Of a stretch of 64,000 nucleotides of DNA, positions 10,311 to 20,052 are shown piece by piece. This DNA comes from an uncultured Bacilli bacterium (GTDB lineage: Bacteria > Bacillota_I > Bacilli_A > RF39 > UBA660), in assembly GCA_934098735.1 (NCBI GenBank), contig CAKOOS010000005.1, positions 4,358-68,357 on the forward strand, given 5' to 3'. The translations under genes and the position numbers were made by a program. Each line of letters starts with the position of its first letter. Within the stretch, counting starts at the first letter, position 1. The notes under the pieces are model-generated. The model worked only from the letters and a program-made list of their open reading frames with translations. It did no database searches and had not been told where the DNA came from.

Positions 10311-11949
10311 TATATTTTCCTCCTATAAATTCACGCAATATTGATTCATCATTTACATATTCTCCTGGAATAGGAAAAAACTGTTTTAAAAAATCTAATA
10401 ATCGTCTAGCCTCTTCATAATACGTAGACTCTACGCTTACTGATAATAAAAGTGGTTCAACAAAAACTTTTAAAACTCCAACTTCATAAGCAAGAGCAGT
10501 ATTTATAATTGCATTTGCTTGATGAATATATGGAAATATATATTTTTCCTCTCCATTACGAACATTTTGCCAATTATCGATTGTATTTACAACATTATAC
10601 CCCCTTGTACGATTATCTCTAACAATTCTTCTTAATAATCTTAAATCTAAAGTAGAAACATAATTATGTCTATCTATATTAAGGGGAATAAATGGACTTA
10701 AATATATTTTAAACTTATATTTTTCTGAAACATCTCTTGTTAGTTCTTCGTTTAATGCATGCAAGCCTTCAATTAAAAAGATACTGTTTTCTTTCATAGA
10801 TATTTCATCTTTACCAAATTCCCTGATTCCTGACAAAAAATTATACTTAGGAAAAACTACTTTATGACCACTTAATAAATCATTTAAATTTTTATTAAAA
10901 AGTTCTACATCAAGAGCTTCTAAACACTCAAAATCATAGTTACCATTTTCATCTTTTGGATTTTTATCTCTATCAACAAAATAATCATCTAAGCTTATTG
11001 TAATAGGATCATAACCTAATGATTCAAAATAAGAAGATAATCTTAAAGCCGTAGTTGTTTTACCACTTGAAGAAGGACCTGCAATCAATATAAACTTTAT
11101 ATCTTTATTATCTTCTATCTGTTTAACTACTTTTGCAATATTCAAATAAAAAGATAATTCACAAGATCTAATAAAGCTTTTAATTTTACCATTACTAACA
11201 GTTTTATTTAAGTCAGTTACATAAGGCATATTTAATTTTTCTAAAAGATCTTTTCCCTCTAAAAAACTCTTAAGTATATTATCATAGTGAACATACTCAG
11301 GCACAAAACCATTAGTTCTTACTCCTGGAAATAAGAATATTATTCGATTATTTCCTAAATAAACTAGTTCAAATTTATTAATTGCTCCAACATTGTGAGG
11401 CATCAAAGAATAAAAATAATTTATTTTACCTCTCAACTTATATAAATTGACCACTTTATCATTTATATTTTGGATATTATCTGCTTTTTCATACTCATTT
11501 TTTTTCTTATAATACTTTATTGCTTCTTTAGGATTAATATTTAATTTTTCAATAATATCATTTGATTCAATTATTTCACTCATTTTTTCTTTTATTTTAG
11601 AAATATCATCTTGATTTAATATCTTATCCCCAGTTACAACTCCTAGCATGCCTCTTGGAACACTGTGTTCATATCTAATATCTAAAGATGGATAAACTTC
11701 TTGTAGAGCAACTAAAAACAAAAACTTTAATCCAGCTTTATAAATTTTATTTCCAGTAATATCGGATGTGTTAATAAACTCAACTTTTTCATCTCTATCT
11801 ACTATTTTATCCAATGAAAAAACCTCATTATTTATTTTCAATCCTACTATATTTTCTAGATTACAATCTTTACTTACCTCATAAAATGTTATACCTTTTT
11901 TGTAATCATGAACAACATTATTATTCATAACAATACAAACTGTATCCAT
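10303..11949 (-). CDS. Uridine kinase/phosphoribulokinase-family nucleoside kinase fused to an N-terminal ThrRS/TGS-like domain
   Basis: P-loop 'IAGPSSSGKTT' in the C-terminal half. The N-terminal domain resembles the threonyl-tRNA synthetase N-terminus. Confidence 0.6.
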   Translation of the reverse strand: MDTVCIVMNNNVVHDYKKGITFYEVSKDCNLENIVGLKINNEVFSLDKIVDRDEKVEFINTSDITGNKIYKAGLKFLFLVALQEVYPSLDIRYEHSVPRGMLGVVTGDKILNQDDISKIKEKMSEIIESNDIIEKLNINPKEAIKYYKKKNEYEKADNIQNINDKVVNLYKLRGKINYFYSLMPHNVGAINKFELVYLGNNRIIFLFPGVRTNGFVPEYVHYDNILKSFLEGKDLLEKLNMPYVTDLNKTVSNGKIKSFIRSCELSFYLNIAKVVKQIEDNKDIKFILIAGPSSSGKTTTALRLSSYFESLGYDPITISLDDYFVDRDKNPKDENGNYDFECLEALDVELFNKNLNDLLSGHKVVFPKYNFLSGIREFGKDEISMKENSIFLIEGLHALNEELTRDVSEKYKFKIYLSPFIPLNIDRHNYVSTLDLRLLRRIVRDNRTRGYNVVNTIDNWQNVRNGEEKYIFPYIHQANAIINTALAYEVGVLKVFVEPLLLSVSVESTYYEEARRLLDFLKQFFPIPGEYVNDESILREFIGGKYND

Positions 11950-12044
11950 AAAATATCCCTCTATTCTTATTAATTATATCAATTATTCTTAAATTTGTGA
12001 ATAAAAATAGCTTTTATTTACTATTATTTACTTAGGTGATTAAT

Positions 12045-12623
12045 TTGAATATAATTCCAACAGTAATTGAAAAATCCAATAATAAAGAATATGCTTATGA
12101 TTTATATTCTAGACTACTTAAAGATCGAATTATTTTTTTAGTCGGAGAAATAAATGATAATACTGCAAATATAGTTATTAGTGAACTTTTATACTTAGAT
12201 AATTTAAATCATGAAAATATTTATATATATATTAATAGTCCTGGCGGAGCCATAACAAGTGGAATGGGCATTTATGATACAATGCGATTTATATCTAGTA
12301 AAGTCATTACAATTGGCCTTGGAATGTGTGCTAGCATGGCAGCTTTCTTACTTTCTAGCGGTGATGAAAGATATGCTCTTCCAAATGCTGAAATCATGAT
12401 ACATCAACCATTAGGTGGAGCACAAGGTCAAGCAAGTGATATAAAAATTGCAGCTGAAAGAATAATCAAACTAAAAGAAAAATTAAATAAAATTTTAGCG
12501 GATAATACTAATCAAGCCCTTGAAAAAATATATCTTGATACAGAAAGAGATAATTTCTTAAGTGCTTTTGAGGCTAAAGAATATGGACTTATTGATGACA
12601 TAATAAAAAAGAATGAATTTTAA
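12045..12623 (+). CDS. clpP: ATP-dependent Clp protease proteolytic subunit
   Basis: The catalytic-triad context '[11 protein letters not shown]', plus '[12 protein letters not shown]'. The start was set to the TTG preceded by AGGTGA; the track ORF begins 9 nt earlier at GTG. Confidence 0.9.
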   Translation: MNIIPTVIEKSNNKEYAYDLYSRLLKDRIIFLVGEINDNTANIVISELLYLDNLNHENIYIYINSPGGAITSGMGIYDTMRFISSKVITIGLGMCASMAAFLLSSGDERYALPNAEIMIHQPLGGAQGQASDIKIAAERIIKLKEKLNKILADNTNQALEKIYLDTERDNFLSAFEAKEYGLIDDIIKKNEF

Positions 12624-12904
12624 TCCATTCTAATAATTATTTCTCCATCTGCAGAATACATGAATCTTTCTTTTGCATATCTAGCTATATAATCATCATC
12701 TTGTAATTTAGTAACTTCACTAACAAGTTTTTCCTCATCTTCAAGTAATGTTGCATATTTGTGATTAAGAATTGTAATTTCACTTTTATTTTCTAATATT
12801 TTTGTCCAATCTTTAGCAACAGAACTAACCAAAGATATAATCAAAAGAACAATAATCGTAGAAATAAGAACCAACCGCTTCTTTTCTTTTTTCGTTTTTT
12901 TCAT
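12620..12904 (-). CDS. divIC: Septum formation initiator (FtsB/DivIC family)
   Basis: Basic N-terminus, a single TM and a coiled-coil; conserved yabP-yabQ-divIC order. Confidence 0.7.
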   Translation of the reverse strand: MKKTKKEKKRLVLISTIIVLLIISLVSSVAKDWTKILENKSEITILNHKYATLLEDEEKLVSEVTKLQDDDYIARYAKERFMYSADGEIIIRMD

Positions 12905-12944
12905 ATTTACGCCCCATTTTCATAAACATTATATCAAAAAAAAA

Positions 12945-13262
12945 TTAAAACTTTAATTTTAATTTTAATTTATTTACACATTTTTTACAAATGGATTGTA
13001 GCTTTATATAATTAAGAGCCATAAATACAAAGCCAATAACAACTGTTATTATAAAATATATATGAATCATTCCCATATTTACTTTATACATAAGATAGAC
13101 ATAGATTATAACCATATCAATTACAAATACTAAAGACACCAAAAACTTTATAAAATTATTTTTTTTATTTAAAATAAATTTATTAAATCTAGCTAATAAG
13201 TAAAAAATAATACCATAAAGAAAAGATATAATAAAAGATATAACTTGAATAAAACTATTCAT
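12945..13262 (-). CDS. yabQ: Spore cortex biosynthesis membrane protein YabQ
   Basis: Small polytopic membrane protein lying between yabP and divIC. Confidence 0.55.
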   Translation of the reverse strand: MNSFIQVISFIISFLYGIIFYLLARFNKFILNKKNNFIKFLVSLVFVIDMVIIYVYLMYKVNMGMIHIYFIITVVIGFVFMALNYIKLQSICKKCVNKLKLKLKF

Positions 13263-13540
13263 TATTTAAATAATTTAGTAATTATACTATCTTCTTTATT
13301 TTTTACTTTTCCTTCAATATACATAAATGAATTAATTTTACCTTTTATTTTAACATTTCCTTCATTAGTATCTAATTTTAAAAGTTCTAAAGAGTTACCA
13401 AGTAATCTTAAATTTCCCATTGTTGTTTCCATTAAAAATTCTTCATCATCAAAACTTACTATTTTATTTACTCCAGTTATCGATATACTACTTCGATCAA
13501 TCATTTTTACTTCTTGACTACCAAAGGTTACATTTTCCAT
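13262..13540 (-). CDS. yabP: Sporulation protein YabP
   Basis: 92 aa with 'ITGVNKIVSFDDEEF' and 'LKLDTNEGNVKIKG', typical of YabP. Confidence 0.75.
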   Translation of the reverse strand: MENVTFGSQEVKMIDRSSISITGVNKIVSFDDEEFLMETTMGNLRLLGNSLELLKLDTNEGNVKIKGKINSFMYIEGKVKNKEDSIITKLFK

Positions 13541-13582
13541 ATAATCACCATTAATATATATGAAAAAAATAGATAGTTTATA

Positions 13583-14080
13583 CTATCTACTTGAATGTTT
13601 TCTTGTTAAAGGCATATCCATTTCCCAAAGTTCTGCCATAGCATCATCAGGATCTATATATGGTCCTAAAACTTTTTTGTTTTCTTCAGATTGCATTCTT
13701 AACTTTGCTTCTGTTTTATAATCTCTATACTGCATTAAATAATTTTCCAACATTTCATGAATATAATCATTTCCATCCCATTGAATTACTTCATCAGTAT
13801 CCTTTAAAAATTGATATCTTTCTGCTTGAGGAAAATATACAATACCTTTTGCATTTGCTTCTTCAAATTGTTTTTTAAATAATTCAAGATCTTCTACTTT
13901 TAAAATGCGAGCATTTATTCTATTAGTTAGTATATCATCTAAAGTTAAAGGTATACCAACATAAGTAGAATGATAATCCTTATTCTTTCTGTCCACTATA
14001 ACATGAACCCCTAGTAATATTTTCTTTCCATCACTTTTTCTATCAAAAAGATAATTTAATTTTTCAATATTTAATAACAT
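13583..14080 (-). CDS. Hypothetical protein, 165 aa
   Basis: Clean ORF with no recognisable motif, embedded in a sporulation gene neighbourhood. Confidence 0.4.
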   Translation of the reverse strand: MLLNIEKLNYLFDRKSDGKKILLGVHVIVDRKNKDYHSTYVGIPLTLDDILTNRINARILKVEDLELFKKQFEEANAKGIVYFPQAERYQFLKDTDEVIQWDGNDYIHEMLENYLMQYRDYKTEAKLRMQSEENKKVLGPYIDPDDAMAELWEMDMPLTRKHSSR

Positions 14081-14202
14081 TTGTAATCTCTCCTTTTTTT
14101 AGTGGCGAATTTTATTCTAACACACATATATACCATCGTCAAGAATGTAGATTAGACTGATTTACATCATTTGTCAATCTATTAACTATATTATATGCTA
14201 TC

Positions 14203-14229
14203 AAATAAAAAAAAGACTAAAATTAGTCT
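14203..14229 (-). terminator. Rho-independent terminator downstream of spoVG, overlapping its stop codon
   Basis: Minus-strand hairpin AAGACTAA...TTAGTCTT followed by a U-run. Confidence 0.55.
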
Positions 14230-14489
14230 TCATCTAGTTGTTTCTTGTATTCATCTAAAATAACTTTTTCAAACTTTTCTCTTGTTTCTTTATTAGTTGG
14301 AAAAACAACATTTTCTTCTTTACCCTCTTTATTTAATTTACCAGGCATTGAAACAAACAATCGTGAATTTCCTTCAATAATTTTAGCTCCTTTTATAGCT
14401 AAACAATCATCTAAAGTAAAATCTACAAAAGCTTTTAATCTAGATCCCTCTTTTTCCCTTCGATAAATATCTAATCTCGTAATTTCCAT
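14223..14489 (-). CDS. spoVG: Septation protein SpoVG
   Basis: 'MEITRLDIYRREKEGSRLKAFVDFTLDDCLAIKGAKIIEGNSRLFVSMP' closely matches the SpoVG family. Confidence 0.9.
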   Translation of the reverse strand: MEITRLDIYRREKEGSRLKAFVDFTLDDCLAIKGAKIIEGNSRLFVSMPGKLNKEGKEENVVFPTNKETREKFEKVILDEYKKQLDED

Positions 14490-14555
14490 AATAATCCTCC
14501 TTATGTTGTATTACAATTATAATTTTAATTCATTATTTTATTATTTTCAAGTATT

Positions 14556-14798
14556 TTATATCATTTTAATTTTAACATCACCAGTAATAATATCCCGGTA
14601 ACAAAAACTTTTTTCTTCTGAATTTACTAAAACAGTAAATATATTTGGATATATTTTATTTATAATTCCTTCAAATTTATTACATCTATTTCTTAATCCA
14701 TAAACCGTAATAATTATTTTTTTATTTTGCATTTTTTTGATATCACTTCGAACTAAATCAATATTCAAAATATCCTCCTTATCTTGGATAACCAACAT
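14556..14798 (-). CDS. veg: Veg family protein (DUF1021)
   Basis: 80 aa, downstream of yabG as in Bacillus. The 'IKKMQNKKIIITVYGLRNRCNKFEGII...YPNIFTVLV' pattern is Veg-like. Confidence 0.7.
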   Translation of the reverse strand: MLVIQDKEDILNIDLVRSDIKKMQNKKIIITVYGLRNRCNKFEGIINKIYPNIFTVLVNSEEKSFCYRDIITGDVKIKMI

Positions 14799-15555
14799 AC
14801 ATTAAGCCATTGCAAATAATACCACCCATGCCATCTTCTTTATATTTAGTTTTTTCTAATAGTTTTTTTAAATCAATTTCTTTATTACGTTCTGTTAAAG
14901 AAACAGTACTAGCTATAATCGCAGGATCAAGGGCATGAATATTTACTCTCTTAGGACTTGATGCAAAATTTGCCCCAGCTTTTATAAGTTCTTCATAATC
15001 ACTTTGACATGCCCCAGCAATAATAACTAACTTTTCATGACTTTTTTCAAAATTTCGAGCAGCTTTTACAGCTTTAACAAAATAACCAGAGTTCTTATAA
15101 TTATTTAAATCATTTATATCACCCTTTTTTTTATAAAAAGCATCATGTCCAGTAATGATAACTATATCTGGTTTATATTCTTTTAAAAGCAAAGGTAATT
15201 GTTCATAAATATTTTTTTCATTAATTTTTTTACCGATTGCCATGATACCATTACGTTTATAAAACTTTAAACATCTAGCTAAGTAATCTTCATCTGCATC
15301 GATATGCAGAACTTTAGCAGGTAAATAAAAATATTCTCCTCGAACAAGTAATTCATCTCTAATATCAATTTCATCTAATACATCATCATTAGTTATATTT
15401 TCTTCAATTTTTAAATCTTCTATATTAGCATCAGCAATAAGCCTAACTTCAACGCCTTTTAAATAAACAGTATTATTTTTAATATTAATTACTTTAAATA
15501 TAGTATCATTATTATAACTATTTCGAGAGACAAAAACTCCCTTTTCTATTTTCAA
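14779..15555 (-). CDS. yabG: Sporulation-specific protease YabG
   Basis: 'VIITGHDAFYKKKGD' and the overall YabG architecture; adjacent to rsmA and veg. Confidence 0.75.
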   Translation of the reverse strand: MKIEKGVFVSRNSYNNDTIFKVINIKNNTVYLKGVEVRLIADANIEDLKIEENITNDDVLDEIDIRDELLVRGEYFYLPAKVLHIDADEDYLARCLKFYKRNGIMAIGKKINEKNIYEQLPLLLKEYKPDIVIITGHDAFYKKKGDINDLNNYKNSGYFVKAVKAARNFEKSHEKLVIIAGACQSDYEELIKAGANFASSPKRVNIHALDPAIIASTVSLTERNKEIDLKKLLEKTKYKEDGMGGIICNGLMYVGYPR

Positions 15556-15608
15556 ATAATATCACCATTTAATTATATGCAAAATTATTTAAAAAAGACA
15601 AAAACACA

Positions 15609-16418
15609 TCATTTACTAATGTGTTTAAATATATCTAAAAAAATAGTTTCACTTAATTCTTCAGCTCGAACAGAATCAGGTAAATCATACTTATCTAAAA
15701 TTGTCTTAATTTTTTCCCAGTTATACATACTACTTAAATTATTTTTTAAAGTTTTACGCTTTTGTTTAAAACAATTTTTTAAAAAAGTAAAATACAAATT
15801 AGAATCTACATCAGGTTTATTTTTCCTTGAAATTAAACTAACAACAGTACTTTCCACCTTTGGCACTGGATTAAAAGCATATTTTGAAACATCACAAACC
15901 TTAACTACTTCAAAATAATACTTTAATACCAATGTTATATAGCCATAATCTTTTGTTTTTTCCACAGCCATAAATCTATCTGCAACTTCTTTTTGAACCA
16001 TAATAGTAAATTTAATAAAATTTAAATCTTGATTTATAACATGCTCAATTATAGGTGTTGTAATATAATATGGTAAATTTCCCACTAAATATAAATTATT
16101 ATATTTATAATCTTTAATATCTTCTTTAATATTACTGCTTAAAAAATCTTTGTAAATAACTTTAAACCTATCATCACAAATATTATCTAAAATTGGTTTT
16201 AAATCAGTATCTAATTCATAAGCTAAAATATAACAGTTCTTTTTTTTTAATTCTTTTGATAATGCACCTCGCCCAGGTCCAATTTCAATAATTAAATCTT
16301 CACAAGATGCAGAGGTTTCTAAAACAATTTTATCTATTATATTATTATCTATTAAAAAATTTTGTCCTAAACTTTTCTTTGCTTTCATAACAAAACTCGG
16401 ATGGTTTATTAAACCCAT
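15609..16418 (-). CDS. rsmA: 16S rRNA (adenine1518/1519-N6)-dimethyltransferase
   Basis: 'LGQNFLID' and the SAM-binding 'IEIGPGRGALS'. Confidence 0.9.
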   Translation of the reverse strand: MGLINHPSFVMKAKKSLGQNFLIDNNIIDKIVLETSASCEDLIIEIGPGRGALSKELKKKNCYILAYELDTDLKPILDNICDDRFKVIYKDFLSSNIKEDIKDYKYNNLYLVGNLPYYITTPIIEHVINQDLNFIKFTIMVQKEVADRFMAVEKTKDYGYITLVLKYYFEVVKVCDVSKYAFNPVPKVESTVVSLISRKNKPDVDSNLYFTFLKNCFKQKRKTLKNNLSSMYNWEKIKTILDKYDLPDSVRAEELSETIFLDIFKHISK

Positions 16419-16966
16419 CCGCTCCTTAAAACATCATAAGTAATTGAACTACGTCCTATATTATCATAAGCATATTGTTCTGTTGGAGTTAAAAAGTCAA
16501 GTGAATTACCCCTTACACCTCTATCTAAAACAATAGCAAGTATTCTCCCTTCACCAATACGATTACTATAAAAACTAACTATAGAACCACAAGGTAAGTT
16601 TTTACTAGAAGCAACTATATAAACATTACCATACTCGCTATCAAAGTAAGTATTCGTTCCATCAGTAATATCATAACTTGGCAAACAAGCAAGCTTTCCA
16701 CTACATAATGGACAGTCATGAGCATAACCAGTTAAATCACCTGTATAAGTATCAATTGCTGTATATTTTAAAGTTTCTTCTACTTCTACAATTTTCATAG
16801 CCATTGTAGATAAATTTATAGTTTTATTAACATTATCATTTTCAACTGCAGCTATATGTTCATTAGCACTACTTTTAGCAATAATTAAAACAAACATTAT
16901 AACAGCAAGTCTTACAAAATAATTTATAACTTTCATATAATTAATCCACCTCACTGGACAATTCAA
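16409..16966 (-). CDS. 3D-domain protein (YabE/YuiC-like, MltA-type fold)
   Basis: Signal/TM followed by a 3D domain with conserved Asp residues; sits at the yabE position of the conserved block. Confidence 0.55.
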   Translation of the reverse strand: MNCPVRWINYMKVINYFVRLAVIMFVLIIAKSSANEHIAAVENDNVNKTINLSTMAMKIVEVEETLKYTAIDTYTGDLTGYAHDCPLCSGKLACLPSYDITDGTNTYFDSEYGNVYIVASSKNLPCGSIVSFYSNRIGEGRILAIVLDRGVRGNSLDFLTPTEQYAYDNIGRSSITYDVLRSGWV

Positions 16967-17016
16967 TTATAACATTAAGTACTACATAAATCAATTGCCA
17001 AAAAATGGCCACAAAG

Positions 17017-17787
17017 TTATTTTATGACCATTTTTTTATACATATTTTTAATATTTTCATTAGTTTTTATTGCAACATTTTCTAAAGAAGTATTATATAA
17101 ATTAGCTACAAATTGACCAATTTCCAAAACATGAGCTGGACTATTTTGCTTACCCCTAAAAGGCTCCGGAGTCAAGTAAGGAGAATCAGTTTCTAATATA
17201 ATGTTTTCAAGTCCAACTTCTTTAATAACATCTTTTATTTTTGCATTTTTAAAAGTTATAACACCATTAACACCAAGTAAAAATCCCATTTTAATATATA
17301 TTTTAGCTGTCTCTAAACTACCTGAAAAAGAATGAATAGTTCCTCTTACATTAAATTTTTTTAAAATATTAATAGTATCTTCTGTAGCATCACGAGAATG
17401 AATTATAACAGGTATATCGTATTTTTCAGCTATTTTAAGTTGTTTTTCTAATAAATTTATTTGTTCAAATTTAGTTTCTTTTGTATAATGATAATCCAAA
17501 CCTATCTCACCAATTGCAACTATCTTCGGATTATTTAAATTTTTTTCTAGCATCTCTAAATCAGATTCTTGATAATTTAAAACTTCTTCTGGATGTATTC
17601 CTATAGCACCATATACCTCTTGATATTTTTTAATAGAATCAAGTACTTCCAAATTTGTTTTAGCATTACTACCATTATTTATAATATATTTTACTTTATT
17701 ATCTTTAGCATTATCCAACACTTTCTTAATATCTAAATAATCATCTTTAAAAATATGACAATGTGTATCTATTAAAAAATTATTCAT
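17017..17787 (-). CDS. tatD: TatD-family metal-dependent DNase/hydrolase
   Basis: 'IDTHCHI' N-terminus; 256 aa, downstream of metG. Confidence 0.85.
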   Translation of the reverse strand: MNNFLIDTHCHIFKDDYLDIKKVLDNAKDNKVKYIINNGSNAKTNLEVLDSIKKYQEVYGAIGIHPEEVLNYQESDLEMLEKNLNNPKIVAIGEIGLDYHYTKETKFEQINLLEKQLKIAEKYDIPVIIHSRDATEDTINILKKFNVRGTIHSFSGSLETAKIYIKMGFLLGVNGVITFKNAKIKDVIKEVGLENIILETDSPYLTPEPFRGKQNSPAHVLEIGQFVANLYNTSLENVAIKTNENIKNMYKKMVIK

Positions 17788-19312
17788 TTGTAATTATCCT
17801 ATTAAATAGTATTTCTGGTTTATTCAAAATTATATTTTCTTCTAAAATACCAAAATCATCTATGCTATCTATATCTCTATGCTGAGTATTTAATTGATCT
17901 AAAATCTTTTCACTAGTATCAGGAATAAATGGTTTTAATAAAATAGCACATATTCTTATACATTCTAAAATATTATATAAAACAGTTCTTAATCGATCTT
18001 GCTTACTTTCATCTTTTGCTAAAAGCCAAGGAGTTGTATCATCTATGTACTTATTACATTTTTTTAGGACTTCAAAAATTTCTTCCAAAGCCTCATTTAC
18101 TTTTAATTCATTCATTTTTATATCAACTATAGATTTAATTTTCAGAGCAGATGCAATTAAATCATCATCCAAAGCTTCGTGTACTTTAGGATTTAAAACT
18201 AAACCGTCAAAATATTTATGTCCCATACTTATAGTTCTATTTACAAGATTACCAAGATTATTTACTAAGTCAGTATTAGTTCTATTTACAAGGGCTTCTT
18301 CAGAAAAATTTCCATCATTTCCAAATGATACTTCTCGTAAAGCAAAATATCTTACAGCATCTACGCCATAATCATTTATATATTCTCTAGGATCTTTATA
18401 ATTACCTAATGATTTAGATATTTTACCACCATTAATAACTAGCCATCCATGTCCAAAAATTTGTTTTGGAAGAGGTAAATTTAAAGCCATTAAAAGCGCA
18501 GGCCATATTATGGCATGGAATCTTGTAATTTCTTTACCTACTAAATGCAAATCAGCAGGCCAATATTTTTTAAAAAGCTCACTATTTTCATTTGGATATC
18601 CAAGTGATGTAATATAATTTGATAGTGCATCTATCCAAACATAAATAACATGTTTGGGATCAAAATCAACTGGAATGCCCCATTTAACAGATGTTCTTGA
18701 AACACACAAATCTTCAAGTCCTGGTTTTATAAAATTATTTACAAGTTCATTTTTTCTAGATGTTGGCAAAATAAAATTAGGATTTTCTTCATATAACTTT
18801 ATAAGTTTATCTTGATATTTAGATAATCTAAAAAAGTAAGCTTCTTCAGTAACTAGTTTTACTTCTCTTCCACAATCAGGACATTTACCATCAGCTGCTT
18901 GTGTTTCTGTCCAAAAAGATTCACAAGGAACACAATAAAGTCCTTCATAAGATCCTTTATAAATATCACCTTGTTCATACAATTTTCTAAAAATAGCTTG
19001 AACACCTTTTACATGATATTCATCAGTTGTTCTAATAAAATAATCATAAGAAATATTTAAACTTTTCCATAAATTCTTTGCATTTTCTATAATTACATCA
19101 ACATATTCTTTTGGTGTAACTCCCTTTTCCTTAGCCTTTTGTTCAATTTTTAAACCATGTTCATCAGTGCCAGTTTGAAAGAAAACATCATAACCATTTA
19201 ACCTTTTATACCTTGCAATAGAATCAGCTATAATTGTTGTATAACAATGTCCTATATGAAAATCTGCACTAGGATAATATATTGGTGTAGTTATATAGTA
19301 TTTTTTATTCAT
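17780..19312 (-). CDS. metG: Methionine--tRNA ligase (short form without the C-terminal tRNA-binding domain)
   Basis: 'HIGH'-type 'DFHIGHCYT', the 'KISKS' motif and CxxC zinc knuckles. Confidence 0.92.
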   Translation of the reverse strand: MNKKYYITTPIYYPSADFHIGHCYTTIIADSIARYKRLNGYDVFFQTGTDEHGLKIEQKAKEKGVTPKEYVDVIIENAKNLWKSLNISYDYFIRTTDEYHVKGVQAIFRKLYEQGDIYKGSYEGLYCVPCESFWTETQAADGKCPDCGREVKLVTEEAYFFRLSKYQDKLIKLYEENPNFILPTSRKNELVNNFIKPGLEDLCVSRTSVKWGIPVDFDPKHVIYVWIDALSNYITSLGYPNENSELFKKYWPADLHLVGKEITRFHAIIWPALLMALNLPLPKQIFGHGWLVINGGKISKSLGNYKDPREYINDYGVDAVRYFALREVSFGNDGNFSEEALVNRTNTDLVNNLGNLVNRTISMGHKYFDGLVLNPKVHEALDDDLIASALKIKSIVDIKMNELKVNEALEEIFEVLKKCNKYIDDTTPWLLAKDESKQDRLRTVLYNILECIRICAILLKPFIPDTSEKILDQLNTQHRDIDSIDDFGILEENIILNKPEILFNRIITNE

Positions 19313-19797
19313 TATTCATTCCCTCTTTCTAAATTATTAGTACTGCCTATTCCTCCAACTCTGATATTATCTGTTTTATCATCATCAGTAACTAAAAACT
19401 TCATAAATACAGCTTGACAATAAGCAGTATTTTTCTTTATAACGTAGTCTTTATCTCCTTCATTTTGAAGAGATACAAATATATGACCTTCATTATCAAT
19501 ATTATTATAATAATCACTTTCTACAATACCAACTTGATTTGTAAGACGAACATTCCACTTAAAGCCCATGCTACTTCTTACAAAAATCATTAAAACTTCA
19601 TTATTATTAAAAGCAGCTTTATATCCCGTTGGCAACTTTATTATTTCTCCCGGTTTTATAGTATAATCATTTATTGCAAAAAAATCATACCCAGCACTGT
19701 TTTTAGTAGCTCTCTTAGGAAGCATATAACTATCATATAATGACTCATCAAAGTATTTTTTAAATTCTTCTTTACTTATTTTTTCAAAAAATCGCAA
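19312..19797 (-). CDS. dut: dUTP diphosphatase (trimeric dUTPase family)
   Basis: Five dUTPase motifs: 'SAGYDFF', 'VRSSMGF', 'GIVESDYY', the 'YCQAVF' region and 'RVGGIGSTNN'. The start was set at the TTG preceded by GAGGTGA; the track ORF starts 30 nt earlier. Confidence 0.75.
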   Translation of the reverse strand: MRFFEKISKEEFKKYFDESLYDSYMLPKRATKNSAGYDFFAINDYTIKPGEIIKLPTGYKAAFNNNEVLMIFVRSSMGFKWNVRLTNQVGIVESDYYNNIDNEGHIFVSLQNEGDKDYVIKKNTAYCQAVFMKFLVTDDDKTDNIRVGGIGSTNNLERGNE

Positions 19798-20045
19798 ATT
19801 TATCACCTCACAAAATAAAAAAACCATAAACTAAGGACGAGTATTACCCGCGGTACCACCTTAATTCATGATTTATCATGCATCTTCATTTATAACGTAA
19901 TTACCCGATTTCGACTCCAAAACCATGTTCAATATTTTCCTTTATTCTTTTCCACCAACCAAGAACTCTCTATAAAATTCTTAATATTTACTCTTTTCTT
20001 CAACGTCAAACTAAAAATAGTTTATCATAAAGCTTTTCATTATTC
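19798..20045 (-). promoter_or_regulatory. T-box riboswitch leader with a probable Met (AUG) specifier, upstream of dut-metG
   Basis: Minus-strand RNA contains AAUUAAGGUGGUACCGCGGG (about 19847-19866), a 13/14 match to the T-box consensus AGGGUGGNACCGCG. An upstream AGAGAG/GA-type element and an AUG lie in the putative specifier region (GAACAUGG). The last gene of the operon is metG. Confidence 0.6.
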
Positions 20046-20052
20046 AAGAATA

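Noticed and set aside
11950-12044. Looked for a CtsR operator (GGTCAAA heptad repeats) upstream of clpP
   Set aside because: No GGTCAAA repeat is present in the 95-bp upstream region
13245-13878. The + strand ORFs 13245-13517 and 13660-13878
   Set aside because: They are antisense to yabP and to the 165-aa hypothetical, with no RBS and a hydrophobic low-complexity translation
19798-19827. ATG at 19827 as the dut start
   Set aside because: That ATG lies within the UUUAUGGUUUUUUU tail of the T-box leader, upstream of the strong GAGGUGA SD. A TTG 5 nt after the SD gives a sensible N-terminus
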